Assembly: GCA_044371755.1 (NCBI GenBank)
Contig: JBILSZ010000002.1
Coordinates: 14,383-78,382 of the forward strand
Length of the DNA: 64,000 bases
Direction of reading: 5' to 3'
Origin: Flavobacteriales bacterium
GTDB taxonomy: Bacteria > Bacteroidota > Bacteroidia > Flavobacteriales_D > Sanyastnellaceae
A program made the position numbers and the translations under genes. A model generated the notes under the pieces. The model searched no databases and was not told where the DNA came from. It worked only from the letters and a program-made list of their open reading frames with translations. Shown here piece by piece: positions 1 through 11,553 of this stretch. The first letter of the stretch is position 1; each line of letters begins with the position of its first letter.

Positions 1-639
1 ATTTTACTGAAGAACTATAAGTTGGCAATCGAACATATTAATACAGCGCTAAAAGAGAATGAAACCCTACCCTACGCCTATTATCTCAAGGGTCGCTTAT
101 ACAAAGAAACAGGAGATACCACATTAGCGAGCTCATCATATCAAACAGCAATCGAGGTAGATCCTACTTACTATGATGCCTATATTGAAGTTGCCCTGCT
201 TTATCACGCACGAAAACATGATCTTGCCAAAGAATATTATAGATCTGCAATTGATCTAAAACCAAGACTAATCGAACCATGGTATAATCTCGGGATGTAT
301 TATCAAGAAACAGGTTTTAAAAATAAAAACAACTACAAGGAAGCATTTGCCTGTTACGATTCTATCATTTCAATAGATAAAAATTTCGCTGCTGCACACT
401 TCAATAAAGCATTTATTCATTTGGAATTTTTGCAGCAATATGATTCGGCTATTGTGCATTTTTCAAAAGCAATTGAAGCTTTTCCAAAATACCATCAAGC
501 TTACTACAATCGCGGACTTGCATACGAAAGTCTTGAAAAAAGAAAACAAGCAGAAAGCGACTATCGCGCAGCACTCAATATTAAGCCAGACTATAATGAT
601 GCCGCACTTTCTTTGGATCGTCTCTTAAAGGGCAAGTAA
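1..639 (+). CDS. TPR-repeat protein, 5'-truncated by the window edge
   Basis: Frame 1 is open from base 1, with no stop before the TTG at 22. The translation shows repeated 34-aa TPR-like units (e.g. AYYNRGLAYESLEKRKQAESDYRAALNIKPDYNDA). Confidence 0.7.
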   Translation: MLLKNYKLAIEHINTALKENETLPYAYYLKGRLYKETGDTTLASSSYQTAIEVDPTYYDAYIEVALLYHARKHDLAKEYYRSAIDLKPRLIEPWYNLGMYYQETGFKNKNNYKEAFACYDSIISIDKNFAAAHFNKAFIHLEFLQQYDSAIVHFSKAIEAFPKYHQAYYNRGLAYESLEKRKQAESDYRAALNIKPDYNDAALSLDRLLKGK

Positions 640-640
640 A

Positions 641-2488
641 TCAATGCAGCAAATGGGGATAATAATTTAGCTCTATTGAATTTGATTCCCCTGGGATTAC
701 CGAAAAGTTGATATTCAGTGCCGCTCTTTTCAGGATGATTAGATCTGGTTGGCGCTTTAGCCTTAATGTCAAATAAAGTTCCACCTGCACGTATTCTTCC
801 GCTTTGGAAGTATCGATGATAAATTTCACTGCCTCCTCCGTTATCGGATTATCACCCCAAGACACCCCAGGTGAAAGATCGCTCACTAGCGCATTATATC
901 CGTCCTCTACAATTTCATAGTCTGATATATCCCAATTAAGTGTGATCTCGTTTATTCCTTGATTGAGAATTTCAGAATCGAAAAAAACTGGTTCACCAAT
1001 ATTCAATGCTTCACCAGTTGTAAAAAACTCGAAATCATATTGAGGAACGACACTAAATGTGCTGCCCTTTTCTAAATTGGTAACGCGAATCATATGGTTT
1101 CGTCTATCAGCAATGACAACCCGATTGGCGCTCATCGCCATATCCACAGGTTGAAAATAACGAACCTCCGCACCTGCTTTAGAATTTACATATCCTTTTT
1201 CGTCTGCTCCTGCGATTACTTTCACTTTATTCTTCTTTATAGACACAAGCTGATTCTTTCTAGGTAAAAGTAAAAAGAGCTCCCCTTTTTTCTCTTCTAC
1301 TGCGGATACTAGCCCTTCCCATGATGGAGGGCTGTAAATAAGCTTTGGATTTAGTCGATCACCTTCGTAAGGCAATTCAAAAATGTATCCTTTCTCGGTG
1401 AGGATTAAAATTCCTTTGACACCTTTAGAAAGTTTAATTGGCCTGCCAGCGTCTCCCAGTTTGGTCTCCAAAACTGCGTTGCTAATGAAGGTTCCACCTT
1501 TTGAATCTACTTCCAAAACTTGTGCAGGATATGATAAGAGAACGAATAAAGACTTTTCCCTAACCAATACATCCACCGGATAGCTCAAAGAAGTTTCAAG
1601 CGGAACTTTTACTTGTGCTGTGATATTGGTATTGATTCCTCCATTACCAAGAAAAGTATAACCAATCTTTGATTTTACATCGACCGCTTTCACTTTATGG
1701 AAATCCACATCTGCTACAAAAAGCAATTCATTGATGGGATCGTAGCTCATTCCTGAAACATACCCAAACCTTACTCCTCTGAGATTATTATCCTTATCTC
1801 CTCGCTCTATTCCTCCAATAATACTCTGCAGTTTTCCTTCACCATCATATTGTACTATTCTATTTAAACTATTCTCCGCAACGAACATTGAGTTGCTTGC
1901 TTCATCAATAGTCACTGCAGTAGGCAACTCTAATAATGGATCGGCATAATCTCGGGGCATCATCTCACTTCGCATTTGCCAAACACCATAGGTTTTCATC
2001 AATTCCTTATCCTTTACCATTTCACTTAGCTTTTCAAAGAATTGAGGAAACTCAGACGGACCACTGACCAAATATGCAGGCTCTTCTGATTTTTCGTAAA
2101 CATAGATCTTTAGCCTTTCAATGTCTTCTTTTTTGACAAAGGGCATGAGATCTGAGGCAATTCCAAATGGGTGGTAAATATTATGTTCTTGCGTAAAATC
2201 AGTAAGCTCACTTAGATTTATCTTATGTTTTTGATCTCCTTGAATTATTGAGATAAGTTGAATATGTGGATGTTTATTGGCGAGCGATTGCAGCGTTCGC
2301 ATTTGAGAAAGCGCGACTGGATCTGACATTTCCCAAAACATAACAACAGTTAGTTTATCCTTGAATGTCTCAGGGCTTAAATTGTATTCTGAGTTTACCC
2401 AATATATTCCTTCAGGATATTTCTTAAATGACTGTCCAAAGGTTGGATGAATGATGCTGAAAAAAAGAAATGATACAATTAATCTCAT
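641..2488 (-). CDS. secreted thioredoxin-like / NHL-type beta-propeller repeat protein
   Basis: 615-aa ORF with an N-terminal signal peptide (MRLIVSFLFFSIIHPTFGQ). The N-terminal ~150 aa look like a thioredoxin-fold domain without an obvious CxxC. The rest has repeated strands of NHL type (e.g. ANRVVIADRRNHMIRV, NSMFVAENSLNRIVQYD). Confidence 0.5.
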   Translation of the reverse strand: MRLIVSFLFFSIIHPTFGQSFKKYPEGIYWVNSEYNLSPETFKDKLTVVMFWEMSDPVALSQMRTLQSLANKHPHIQLISIIQGDQKHKINLSELTDFTQEHNIYHPFGIASDLMPFVKKEDIERLKIYVYEKSEEPAYLVSGPSEFPQFFEKLSEMVKDKELMKTYGVWQMRSEMMPRDYADPLLELPTAVTIDEASNSMFVAENSLNRIVQYDGEGKLQSIIGGIERGDKDNNLRGVRFGYVSGMSYDPINELLFVADVDFHKVKAVDVKSKIGYTFLGNGGINTNITAQVKVPLETSLSYPVDVLVREKSLFVLLSYPAQVLEVDSKGGTFISNAVLETKLGDAGRPIKLSKGVKGILILTEKGYIFELPYEGDRLNPKLIYSPPSWEGLVSAVEEKKGELFLLLPRKNQLVSIKKNKVKVIAGADEKGYVNSKAGAEVRYFQPVDMAMSANRVVIADRRNHMIRVTNLEKGSTFSVVPQYDFEFFTTGEALNIGEPVFFDSEILNQGINEITLNWDISDYEIVEDGYNALVSDLSPGVSWGDNPITEEAVKFIIDTSKAEEYVQVELYLTLRLKRQPDLIILKRAALNINFSVIPGESNSIELNYYPHLLH

Positions 2489-2540
2489 ATCGCGTTATTG
2501 ATTCGGATGCCCGAAGATAGGCATAAACCAAGCCAAGAGA

Positions 2541-2579
2541 AAAAAAGAAAGGTCTCCAATTGGAGACCTTTTTTTTTCT
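2541..2579 (-). terminator. intrinsic terminator downstream of rplT (A-run/hairpin/T-run, potentially bidirectional)
   Basis: aaaaaaagaaaGGTCTCCaatTGGAGACCttttttttt. It is a GC-containing inverted repeat flanked by an A-run and a T-run, 13 nt after the rplT stop. Confidence 0.75.
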
Positions 2580-2591
2580 TAAGTGAAAATA

Positions 2592-2936
2592 TTATTTCAC
2601 TTTGTCGACTACAGCCTTGAAAGCTTCAGGGTGGTTCATCGCTAAATCAGCGAGAACTTTTCTGTTGAGCTCAACACCGCTTTTGTGCACCTTACCCATA
2701 AATTCTGAGTAAGACATGTCATGCTGACGCACACCGGCATTGATACGCTGAATCCACAAAGCGCGGAAGTCACGCTTTTTCAACTTACGACCTACGTAGG
2801 CATAAGATAAAGCCTTTTCAACTGAGTTTTTTGCTACGGTATAAACGTTCTTTCTAGAACCGAAATACCCTTTGGCCAATTTTAAGATTTTCTTTCTCCT
2901 GGCTCTGGAGGCTACTGCATTTTTTGCTCTTGGCAT
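2592..2936 (-). CDS. rplT: 50S ribosomal protein L20
   Basis: 114 aa starting [30 protein letters not shown], the typical L20 N-terminus. It sits in the conserved operon position after rpmI. Confidence 0.97.
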   Translation of the reverse strand: MPRAKNAVASRARRKKILKLAKGYFGSRKNVYTVAKNSVEKALSYAYVGRKLKKRDFRALWIQRINAGVRQHDMSYSEFMGKVHKSGVELNRKVLADLAMNHPEAFKAVVDKVK

Positions 2937-3034
2937 TTTTTTTTGTTTTTTGACTGCGGTGCCGAATCAAACTTTCGCTTACTCGATCTTTAATTTACCG
3001 GTCGTCTGGTTAAACTTACCGTGCTCTTTCTTTA

Positions 3035-3235
3035 TTACGCGGAGGCGAGCAACTGTGCCTTGATAGACTTCATGTCGGAAGGGTGTACGAGGGCATCATT
3101 TCCCAAACGACGCTTGCGCTTGGTTGACTTTTTAGTCAAAATGTGTCTCTTATAGGCACTCTTACGCTTGATCTTACCGCTACCGGTCACTTGGAAACGC
3201 TTCTTGGCGCCGGATTTGGTTTTTGCTTTTGGCAT
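3035..3235 (-). CDS. rpmI: 50S ribosomal protein L35
   Basis: 66-aa highly basic protein [25 protein letters not shown]..., located between infC and rplT. Confidence 0.95.
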   Translation of the reverse strand: MPKAKTKSGAKKRFQVTGSGKIKRKSAYKRHILTKKSTKRKRRLGNDALVHPSDMKSIKAQLLASA

Positions 3236-3260
3236 TGTATTAAAAATTAAACGTATTTAC

Positions 3261-3803
3261 TTACTTCTTTTTGGGGTTTATCACCACAAACATTTTCTTT
3301 CCCTCTAACTTCGGCAATTGCTCCGGAACACCATGTTCTGCAAGCTCTTGAACGAATTTTAACAAAAGAATTTCTCCTCTTTCCTTGAAGACAATAGAGC
3401 GACCTTTAAAGAAAACGTGAGCCCTCACCTTACTGCCTTCTTTGAGAAAGCTGATGGCATGTTTTAATTTAAAATCAAAATCATGATCATCTGTGTTGGG
3501 GCCGAAACGAATTTCTTTGACCGTTACGTTGACTTGTTTGGCCTTCATCTCTTTTTGTTTCTTTTTTTGGTCATAAAGAAACTTTTTGTAATCGATGAGC
3601 CTGCAAACCGGTGGAACGGCGTTCGGCGAAATTTCTACGAGGTCTACTTCCTGCTCCTGAGCCAGACGAAGCGCTTCGGATCTTGAAAAAACACCTGTTT
3701 CAACATTCTCGCCAACCAATCTCACTTCATTGGCTTGAATTTTCTCGTTGATTCGATGTTCCGGTTCTACGATCCGGCGACCTCTCATTTCTCTCTTAAT
3801 AAT
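3261..3803 (-). CDS. infC: translation initiation factor IF-3 (probable ATT start; first ATG is at 3788)
   Basis: Conserved IF-3 motifs are present ([60 protein letters not shown]). The frame stays open upstream of the ATG as far as a TAA, with ATT ATT at 3803-3798 preceded by AGGAGG. Confidence 0.9.
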   Translation of the reverse strand: MIKREMRGRRIVEPEHRINEKIQANEVRLVGENVETGVFSRSEALRLAQEQEVDLVEISPNAVPPVCRLIDYKKFLYDQKKKQKEMKAKQVNVTVKEIRFGPNTDDHDFDFKLKHAISFLKEGSKVRAHVFFKGRSIVFKERGEILLLKFVQELAEHGVPEQLPKLEGKKMFVVINPKKK

Positions 3804-3807
3804 GTTG

Positions 3808-3813
3808 CCTCCT
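3808..3813 (-). promoter_or_regulatory. Shine-Dalgarno-like AGGAGG upstream of the candidate infC ATT start
   Basis: The minus strand reads aaAGGAGGcaacATTATTaag. There are 4 nt between the SD-like element and the first ATT. Confidence 0.5.
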
Positions 3814-3845
3814 TTTTAAAGGGTTTATTTATTGAGTCGTCCAAG

Positions 3846-5783
3846 TTATTTGGACAACATTGCTTCAATTTCTTTATTCACTTGAGCTACAAAGTCCGAT
3901 ATAGCCATGCTCCCCAAGTCGCCTTCGCCTTTTTTTCTAGCGCTGACGCTGTTTTGAGATTGCTCTTCCTCTCCAACAACCAGCATATACGGCACTTTTT
4001 CCATTTCCGCATCGCGGATTTTCTTGCCCACTTTCTCGTTGCGCTCGTCTACGAGGGCGCGAATATCGTAAATATTTAGTTCACTTGATACTTTCTTAGC
4101 ATATTCATTGTATTTTTCACTCACTGGCAAGATTCTAACCTGCTCTGGAGTAAGCCATAACGGGAATTGACCAGCGCAATGCTCAATCAAAATCGCCACA
4201 AATCGCTCCATTGATCCAAATGGCGCTCTATGAATCATCACCGGGCGGTGCTTTTGATTATCAGCTCCGGTATACTCCAACTCAAATCGCTCGGGAAGAT
4301 TGTAATCAATTTGTACTGTTCCCAACTGCCACTTTCTTCCAATAGCATCGCGAACCATGAAGTCGAGCTTAGGACCATAAAAAGCGGCCTCACCCAACTC
4401 TACCACTGTCTTTAATCCCTTTTCATTGGCCACTTCTTGAATCGCACGCTCCGCTTTTTCCCAATTCTCATCCGAACCGATATACTTCGAAGGATTATTT
4501 GGATCGCGTAAGCTCACTTGAGCCAAAAAGTCATTAAAATCAAGCGTTTTGAAGATGTAGAGAACCAGGTCTATCACTTTACCCACCTCTTCTTTTACTT
4601 GATCTGCAGTACAAAAAATGTGTGCATCATCTTGAGTAAAACCACGCACACGAGTAAGACCGTGCAATTCGCCTGTTTGCTCGTAGCGATACACCGTTCC
4701 AAACTCCGCTAATCTGTATGGAAGATCTCTATATGACTTCGGCTCACTCTTATAAATTTCACAATGGTGAGGACAGTTCATGGGCTTCAGCATATACATC
4801 TCTCCTTCTTGCGGAGTTGCAATAGGCTGAAAGCTGTCAGCACCATACTTCGCCCAGTGTCCGCTGGTCTCGTAGAGTTCCTTTGAGCCAATATGTGGAG
4901 TGATTACCTGAAGATATCCTGCCTTTCGCTGTGCATTCTGTAAGAAATTCTGAAGGCGACCGCGAAGATCTGCTCCTTTTGGTAACCATAAAGGTAAACC
5001 AGAGCCTACTTTTTGGGAAAAGTGGAACAATCCCAATTCCTTGCCTAGCTTGCGGTGGTCGCGCTTTTTCGCCTCTTCCAATTGAACGAGATACTCATCA
5101 AGTTCGCTTTGTTTTGGGAAGGTAATAGCGTAAACACGTGTGAGCATTTTATTCTTCTCGTCACCTCTCCAGTAAGCCCCTGCTACATTTAAAAGCTTCG
5201 CAGCCTTTACAAAACCAGTATTTGGAATGTGAGGGCCTCGACATAAATCTGTAAAGCCGCCTTGAGTATAAAATGTAATATTGCCGTCTTCTAGGTCTTG
5301 AATCAATTCCAATTTGTAAGGGTCTCCTTTCTCTGTAAAGTACTTCACAGCATCTGCCTTGGATACTTCCTTCCTGATAAACTCACTCTTATTCCTAGCC
5401 AACTCGAGCATTTTCTTTTCAACTTTAGAAAAGTCTTCTTGTGAAAATGCATGCCCATTAAAATCGACGTCATAGTAAAACCCATTTTCGATCGGTGGAC
5501 CTATAGCCAGTTTAATTCCTGGATACAGCGATTCCAAAGCCTCAGCCATTAGGTGTGCTGAGCTATGCCACATCGTGGCTTTGCCATTATCATCGTTCCA
5601 TGTCAACAGGCGCAACGTAGCGTCATTGGTGATAGGGCGTGTAGCATCCACTACTTCGCCATTCACTTCAGCTGACAATACATTGCGGGCCAAACCTTCA
5701 CTGATAGACTGAGCTACAGCCAGCGCTGTGGTTCCTTGTTCTACTTGTCTTACCGACCCATCTGGTAGGGTTATGTTAATCAT
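3846..5783 (-). CDS. thrS: threonine--tRNA ligase
   Basis: 645 aa with a TGS-type N-terminus ([19 protein letters not shown]), the editing-domain [10 protein letters not shown] motif, a class II core ([20 protein letters not shown]) and an anticodon-binding C-terminus. Confidence 0.97.
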   Translation of the reverse strand: MINITLPDGSVRQVEQGTTALAVAQSISEGLARNVLSAEVNGEVVDATRPITNDATLRLLTWNDDNGKATMWHSSAHLMAEALESLYPGIKLAIGPPIENGFYYDVDFNGHAFSQEDFSKVEKKMLELARNKSEFIRKEVSKADAVKYFTEKGDPYKLELIQDLEDGNITFYTQGGFTDLCRGPHIPNTGFVKAAKLLNVAGAYWRGDEKNKMLTRVYAITFPKQSELDEYLVQLEEAKKRDHRKLGKELGLFHFSQKVGSGLPLWLPKGADLRGRLQNFLQNAQRKAGYLQVITPHIGSKELYETSGHWAKYGADSFQPIATPQEGEMYMLKPMNCPHHCEIYKSEPKSYRDLPYRLAEFGTVYRYEQTGELHGLTRVRGFTQDDAHIFCTADQVKEEVGKVIDLVLYIFKTLDFNDFLAQVSLRDPNNPSKYIGSDENWEKAERAIQEVANEKGLKTVVELGEAAFYGPKLDFMVRDAIGRKWQLGTVQIDYNLPERFELEYTGADNQKHRPVMIHRAPFGSMERFVAILIEHCAGQFPLWLTPEQVRILPVSEKYNEYAKKVSSELNIYDIRALVDERNEKVGKKIRDAEMEKVPYMLVVGEEEQSQNSVSARKKGEGDLGSMAISDFVAQVNKEIEAMLSK

Positions 5784-5809
5784 AAAACGATCTTAAATTT
5801 TTAGGAGTG

Positions 5810-5817
5810 CAAAGATA
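5810..5817 (-). promoter_or_regulatory. Bacteroidota -7 promoter box (TAnnTTTG) for thrS
   Basis: The minus strand reads TATCTTTG, 26 nt upstream of the thrS ATG. Confidence 0.5.
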
Positions 5818-5934
5818 ATGATTTTTAAGCGAGTAGAAAGGACTCGCGTCTTCATTGACACGCAAAAAACTCCGTAATTCGCAAAAAAAATTGGATTATT
5901 CATTTTCATCCTTTCTTTTGCACAAAATTTCGGA

Positions 5935-6744
5935 ATGACCGTCGAGCAGTTTTTTAATCATTTATTGCAAGAATTAGATACGCACCCCAAACTAAAGGGG
6001 TACTATCGTTTTCTCAATAATGAAAAGACTTTCGAATTCAGAAAAGCTTATTACATTCAACGTCTTGAATATATCGAACAACAAATTAAGGACGTTAACG
6101 GCCCTATTTGGGACATTGGATGCGGCTATGGAACAACAGCCCTATTCCTCGCTCTAAATGGTTATAAGGTTCATGGATCAACACTGGAATATTATTTCAA
6201 CGAAATTCCTCAGAGATTAGAATATTGGTCAAAATTCGGAGATATCTCTGGGTTTACGTTTGATTATGAAAATCTCTACGACAGCACTCCACAACCAGCA
6301 CACTACGCTGCGGTAATCGTTCAAGATACGCTCCATCATACCGAACCTATTGAAGATGCGGTAAGGATTATTAAAGCATGTCTTAAACCAGGTGGAAAAG
6401 TGATTGCAGTAGAAGAAAATGGAAATAATCTTATTCAATCCTTAAAACTATTCGTGCAGCGAGGCAATAAGCGCATCATTGATTATACCGATGAAAGATT
6501 AGGTAAAACCATTAAACTCGGGAATGAGAACATTCGTCCATACTCCGAATGGAAAAAGATATTCGAAAAAGAAGGGTTCACTCTGCCGCAAGACTCGGTG
6601 CATTACGTACGTTTCTATCCTCCATTTTTTTTCAAAAAAAATTGTGCAGAGGTCATAGCAAAAGAGCAAGAAAAATGGAAATCTAATTCATTCCTAAGAG
6701 AACGATTCTTTTTCGGACTCAATTTTACTGCGGTGAATCAGTAA
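5935..6744 (+). CDS. class I SAM-dependent methyltransferase
   Basis: 269 aa with SAM-binding motif I (IWDIGCGYGTTALFLALNG) and a downstream LKPGGKVIAVE motif. Confidence 0.75.
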   Translation: MTVEQFFNHLLQELDTHPKLKGYYRFLNNEKTFEFRKAYYIQRLEYIEQQIKDVNGPIWDIGCGYGTTALFLALNGYKVHGSTLEYYFNEIPQRLEYWSKFGDISGFTFDYENLYDSTPQPAHYAAVIVQDTLHHTEPIEDAVRIIKACLKPGGKVIAVEENGNNLIQSLKLFVQRGNKRIIDYTDERLGKTIKLGNENIRPYSEWKKIFEKEGFTLPQDSVHYVRFYPPFFFKKNCAEVIAKEQEKWKSNSFLRERFFFGLNFTAVNQ

Positions 6745-6794
6745 TCCCCGTATTTATACGAGGTCAAGGATTAGAAGTAATACGCTTAATCCGT

Positions 6795-7241
6795 TTGACA
6801 AAGTTTTCCACTTTTGTAGAGCCAACTAAATCCATTCTCATGCTCTACACACCAATTGAAATGCGTCCAAAAGACTTTGAGTATCTCAAAGAATCGCTGC
6901 TTCAAAGCATCTATACTCCCATTGAGGTCAATGAAGTCATGATTTATCAAGCGCTAGAAGCCAATTTCCACCACTCCAACACCAAGTTTTGTTCGGAAAT
7001 CTGCCAAAATCAAACTCAATACGATGCCAACTCAATTGGTGAAAGGATATGGGAAAAAATTGATACTTACCTCCAAAATCAAATAACCACGAATAGCAGC
7101 CATACCGATATGATAGATCATGTCGTATTCGCTCTCGCTTCGGTCATGCCAGGAGGTAACATTCATCTTACTGTGGCAACTCTTATCTCAAAATACCTCA
7201 TCAAAAAAGAAATCCAACTTCAGCCCAATAAGTTGCAATAA
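6795..7241 (+). CDS. hypothetical protein (start uncertain: TTG 6795 or ATG 6840)
   Basis: 148-aa ORF with no motif I recognise. It fills the gap between the methyltransferase and katG on the same strand. Confidence 0.4.
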   Translation: MTKFSTFVEPTKSILMLYTPIEMRPKDFEYLKESLLQSIYTPIEVNEVMIYQALEANFHHSNTKFCSEICQNQTQYDANSIGERIWEKIDTYLQNQITTNSSHTDMIDHVVFALASVMPGGNIHLTVATLISKYLIKKEIQLQPNKLQ

Positions 7242-7371
7242 AACAAAACCTCTGTCTATCAAAGAAAACTATCAACAACTCATATACTTATAGGTTGTGT
7301 CTATATCTCTTAGAGATTTTTTATTTGACACTTAACCTTTTTATTAATTGCTTAGCACAGAATTAGTGTGA

Positions 7372-9636
<2,265 letters not shown>

Positions 9637-9656
9637 TCATTAAAAATGAATATTAT

Positions 9657-9686
9657 AAAATGGCCCTGTTTAGGGCCATTTTTTTT
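9657..9686 (+). terminator. intrinsic terminator after katG
   Basis: aaaaTGGCCCtgtttaGGGCCAtttttttt, 21 nt after the katG stop. Confidence 0.8.
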
Positions 9687-9789
9687 GCCCCATTCGCTTT
9701 CCTTTTGACAACATCTATAAATATTTTACAGAAACGCCTTGGAATCGTACTTTTGAAACAAAATAGAACCGCTACTATTTATCTATGCT

Positions 9790-10803
9790 ATGAAAAAAAT
9801 AAAGTTCGCCGTCGTCGGCTGCGGCAGTATTGGAAGGCGTCATATAGCTGTCCTTGATGCAGAACCCAACGCAGAAATTGTAGCCATATGTGATATAGAC
9901 GAGAATGCTTGTAAAACTCAATCAGAACTTTACGAAGGCGTACCATACTATACAGATTATGAAGTAATGTTAAAGTCTGTAGACGCTGATGTAATAAATG
10001 TGGTGACACCGCACGCCTTGCATAAATCAATGTCTATAAAAGCACTTGAGCATAATTTCAACGTATTGGTCGAGAAGCCCATGGCGCTTTCTTCATCTGA
10101 TTGCAAGGAAATGAATTCAGTAGCTGAGAGCGTCGGCAAGAAACTTTGGGTTGTCAAACAAAACAGGCACAACGTTCCTGTGAGACTCGCCAAACAAGTA
10201 ATCGCAGAGGGTCGACTAGGAAAAATTTTTATGATAAAATGCGACATCCTTTGGAATCGTTATCAAGGCTATTATGACGAGTCTCCTTGGAGAGGGAAAA
10301 TAAATCAGGAAGGTGGTGCTTTATTCACTCAAGCAAGCCATTTCGTAGACCTACTCATTTGGTGGTGCGGAGATATTGTAGAAGTTAAAGCACTTGCTGA
10401 AACGCAAAATCACAATATCGAAACTGAGGACTCAGGCATTGCGCTCCTAAAATTCGATTCTGGAACGTTGGGTTCGCTTGTTTGGACTACATGTGTTTAT
10501 CACAAAAACTATGAAGGAAGCATTACCATTATTGGGGAAAAAGGCACCATTAAAATCGGTGGCCAATACCTAAACAAAATGGAATGCTGGGACGTGGAGG
10601 GTTTCCCACTTCCAGAAGGAATTGATTTTAATGATAAGCCAAACGCGTATGGCAAATATCAAGGTACTTCCTCCAACCATGATAAAGTCATTAAACAAAT
10701 AATTAATGAATTAAATCTCATAGAAGCCAACAACGTTGAGGGACTGGAAGGTATTCGTAGCATTCAAGCTATCGAAAAAATTTACTCGAACATAAAGAGA
10801 TAA
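9790..10803 (+). CDS. Gfo/Idh/MocA-family NAD(P)-dependent sugar-nucleotide oxidoreductase (GnnA/WbpB-like)
   Basis: 337 aa with an N-terminal Rossmann motif (KFAVVGCGSIGRRH), the EKP motif (VLVEKPMA) and a C-terminal Gfo/Idh/MocA alpha/beta domain. Confidence 0.8.
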   Translation: MKKIKFAVVGCGSIGRRHIAVLDAEPNAEIVAICDIDENACKTQSELYEGVPYYTDYEVMLKSVDADVINVVTPHALHKSMSIKALEHNFNVLVEKPMALSSSDCKEMNSVAESVGKKLWVVKQNRHNVPVRLAKQVIAEGRLGKIFMIKCDILWNRYQGYYDESPWRGKINQEGGALFTQASHFVDLLIWWCGDIVEVKALAETQNHNIETEDSGIALLKFDSGTLGSLVWTTCVYHKNYEGSITIIGEKGTIKIGGQYLNKMECWDVEGFPLPEGIDFNDKPNAYGKYQGTSSNHDKVIKQIINELNLIEANNVEGLEGIRSIQAIEKIYSNIKR

Positions 10804-10806
10804 AAA

Positions 10807-11553
10807 ATGAAAAATCAAATAGATCCAACGGCCATTATCGGTGAGAATGTCACTCTTGGAGAAAATAATATCATTGGTGCATTTGTCGTGATCAAGGGAA
10901 GTATCTCCATCGGAAGTAACAATGTTATCGGTGACTTTTCAAGAATAATTAATAACGTAGAAATAGGAGACAACAACAGAATTGAGGGCTATGCGAGCAT
11001 TGGATCTCTTGGCGAAATGGGAACCAAAGGAGATTCGTTCGTCGCTGATGGCAAAGTCAGCATCGGAAACAACAATGTGCTCCGTGAGTTTATTACAATT
11101 AATTCACCTGTTAGAAAAAAGGCAACAGTGATCGGTAATCATTGCTATTTCATGGCAAGAACGCACGTGCCGCATGATGCTGAGATTGGCAACAACGTAG
11201 TAATGGCAACCAATTCGTTGGTAGGAGGTGGATGCGTGGTACAAGACTTTGCATACATCGGGTTAAACTCTTCTGTTCACCAATGGGTTGATTTAGGAGA
11301 AAGTTGCATGGTCGGTCTTCAAGCTGCTGTTACCCGCCCCGTTCCTCCCTATTGTATAGTGACTGGTATGCCGGCAAGAATAATGAAGCTGAATGAAGTT
11401 GGACTTCAAAGAAGAGGCTTCTCCGACAGTATGATTCAAGAGGCCAAAGAAGCACTTCAACTCGCCATTAAATTGGAGTATACAGGCACTAATCCTATAC
11501 TTCAAAAAATTTCAGAATTTGTTTCAAAATATCCTGATACCCTACCAAAATGA
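10807..11553 (+). CDS. LpxA-like left-handed beta-helix acyltransferase
   Basis: 248 aa of hexapeptide repeats followed by an LpxA-type C-terminal region. LpxA-like motifs: THVPHDAEIGNN (catalytic-His motif HxxHD), SSVHQW, VPPYCIV and NEVGLQRRGFS. Confidence 0.7.
   Translation: MKNQIDPTAIIGENVTLGENNIIGAFVVIKGSISIGSNNVIGDFSRIINNVEIGDNNRIEGYASIGSLGEMGTKGDSFVADGKVSIGNNNVLREFITINSPVRKKATVIGNHCYFMARTHVPHDAEIGNNVVMATNSLVGGGCVVQDFAYIGLNSSVHQWVDLGESCMVGLQAAVTRPVPPYCIVTGMPARIMKLNEVGLQRRGFSDSMIQEAKEALQLAIKLEYTGTNPILQKISEFVSKYPDTLPK

Noticed and set aside
440-628. 62-aa + strand ORF inside the TPR gene, and similar short ORFs inside thrS, infC and kdsA.
   Set aside because: They are alternative-frame ORFs within well-supported genes, and there is no independent evidence for them.
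2937-3034. The 98-nt rpmI-rplT spacer as a possible L20-binding regulatory structure.
   Set aside because: I could not identify a convincing stem-loop or pseudoknot by eye. The known L20 operators lie upstream of rpmI or infC, not in this spacer.
10807-11553. Calling this gene the housekeeping lpxA outright.
   Set aside because: The context (sugar oxidoreductase, aminotransferase, GT-like gene) is not the usual lpxD-lpxC/fabZ-lpxA neighbourhood. Without the rest of the genome I cannot tell whether it is the primary LpxA or a paralog, so no gene symbol is assigned.
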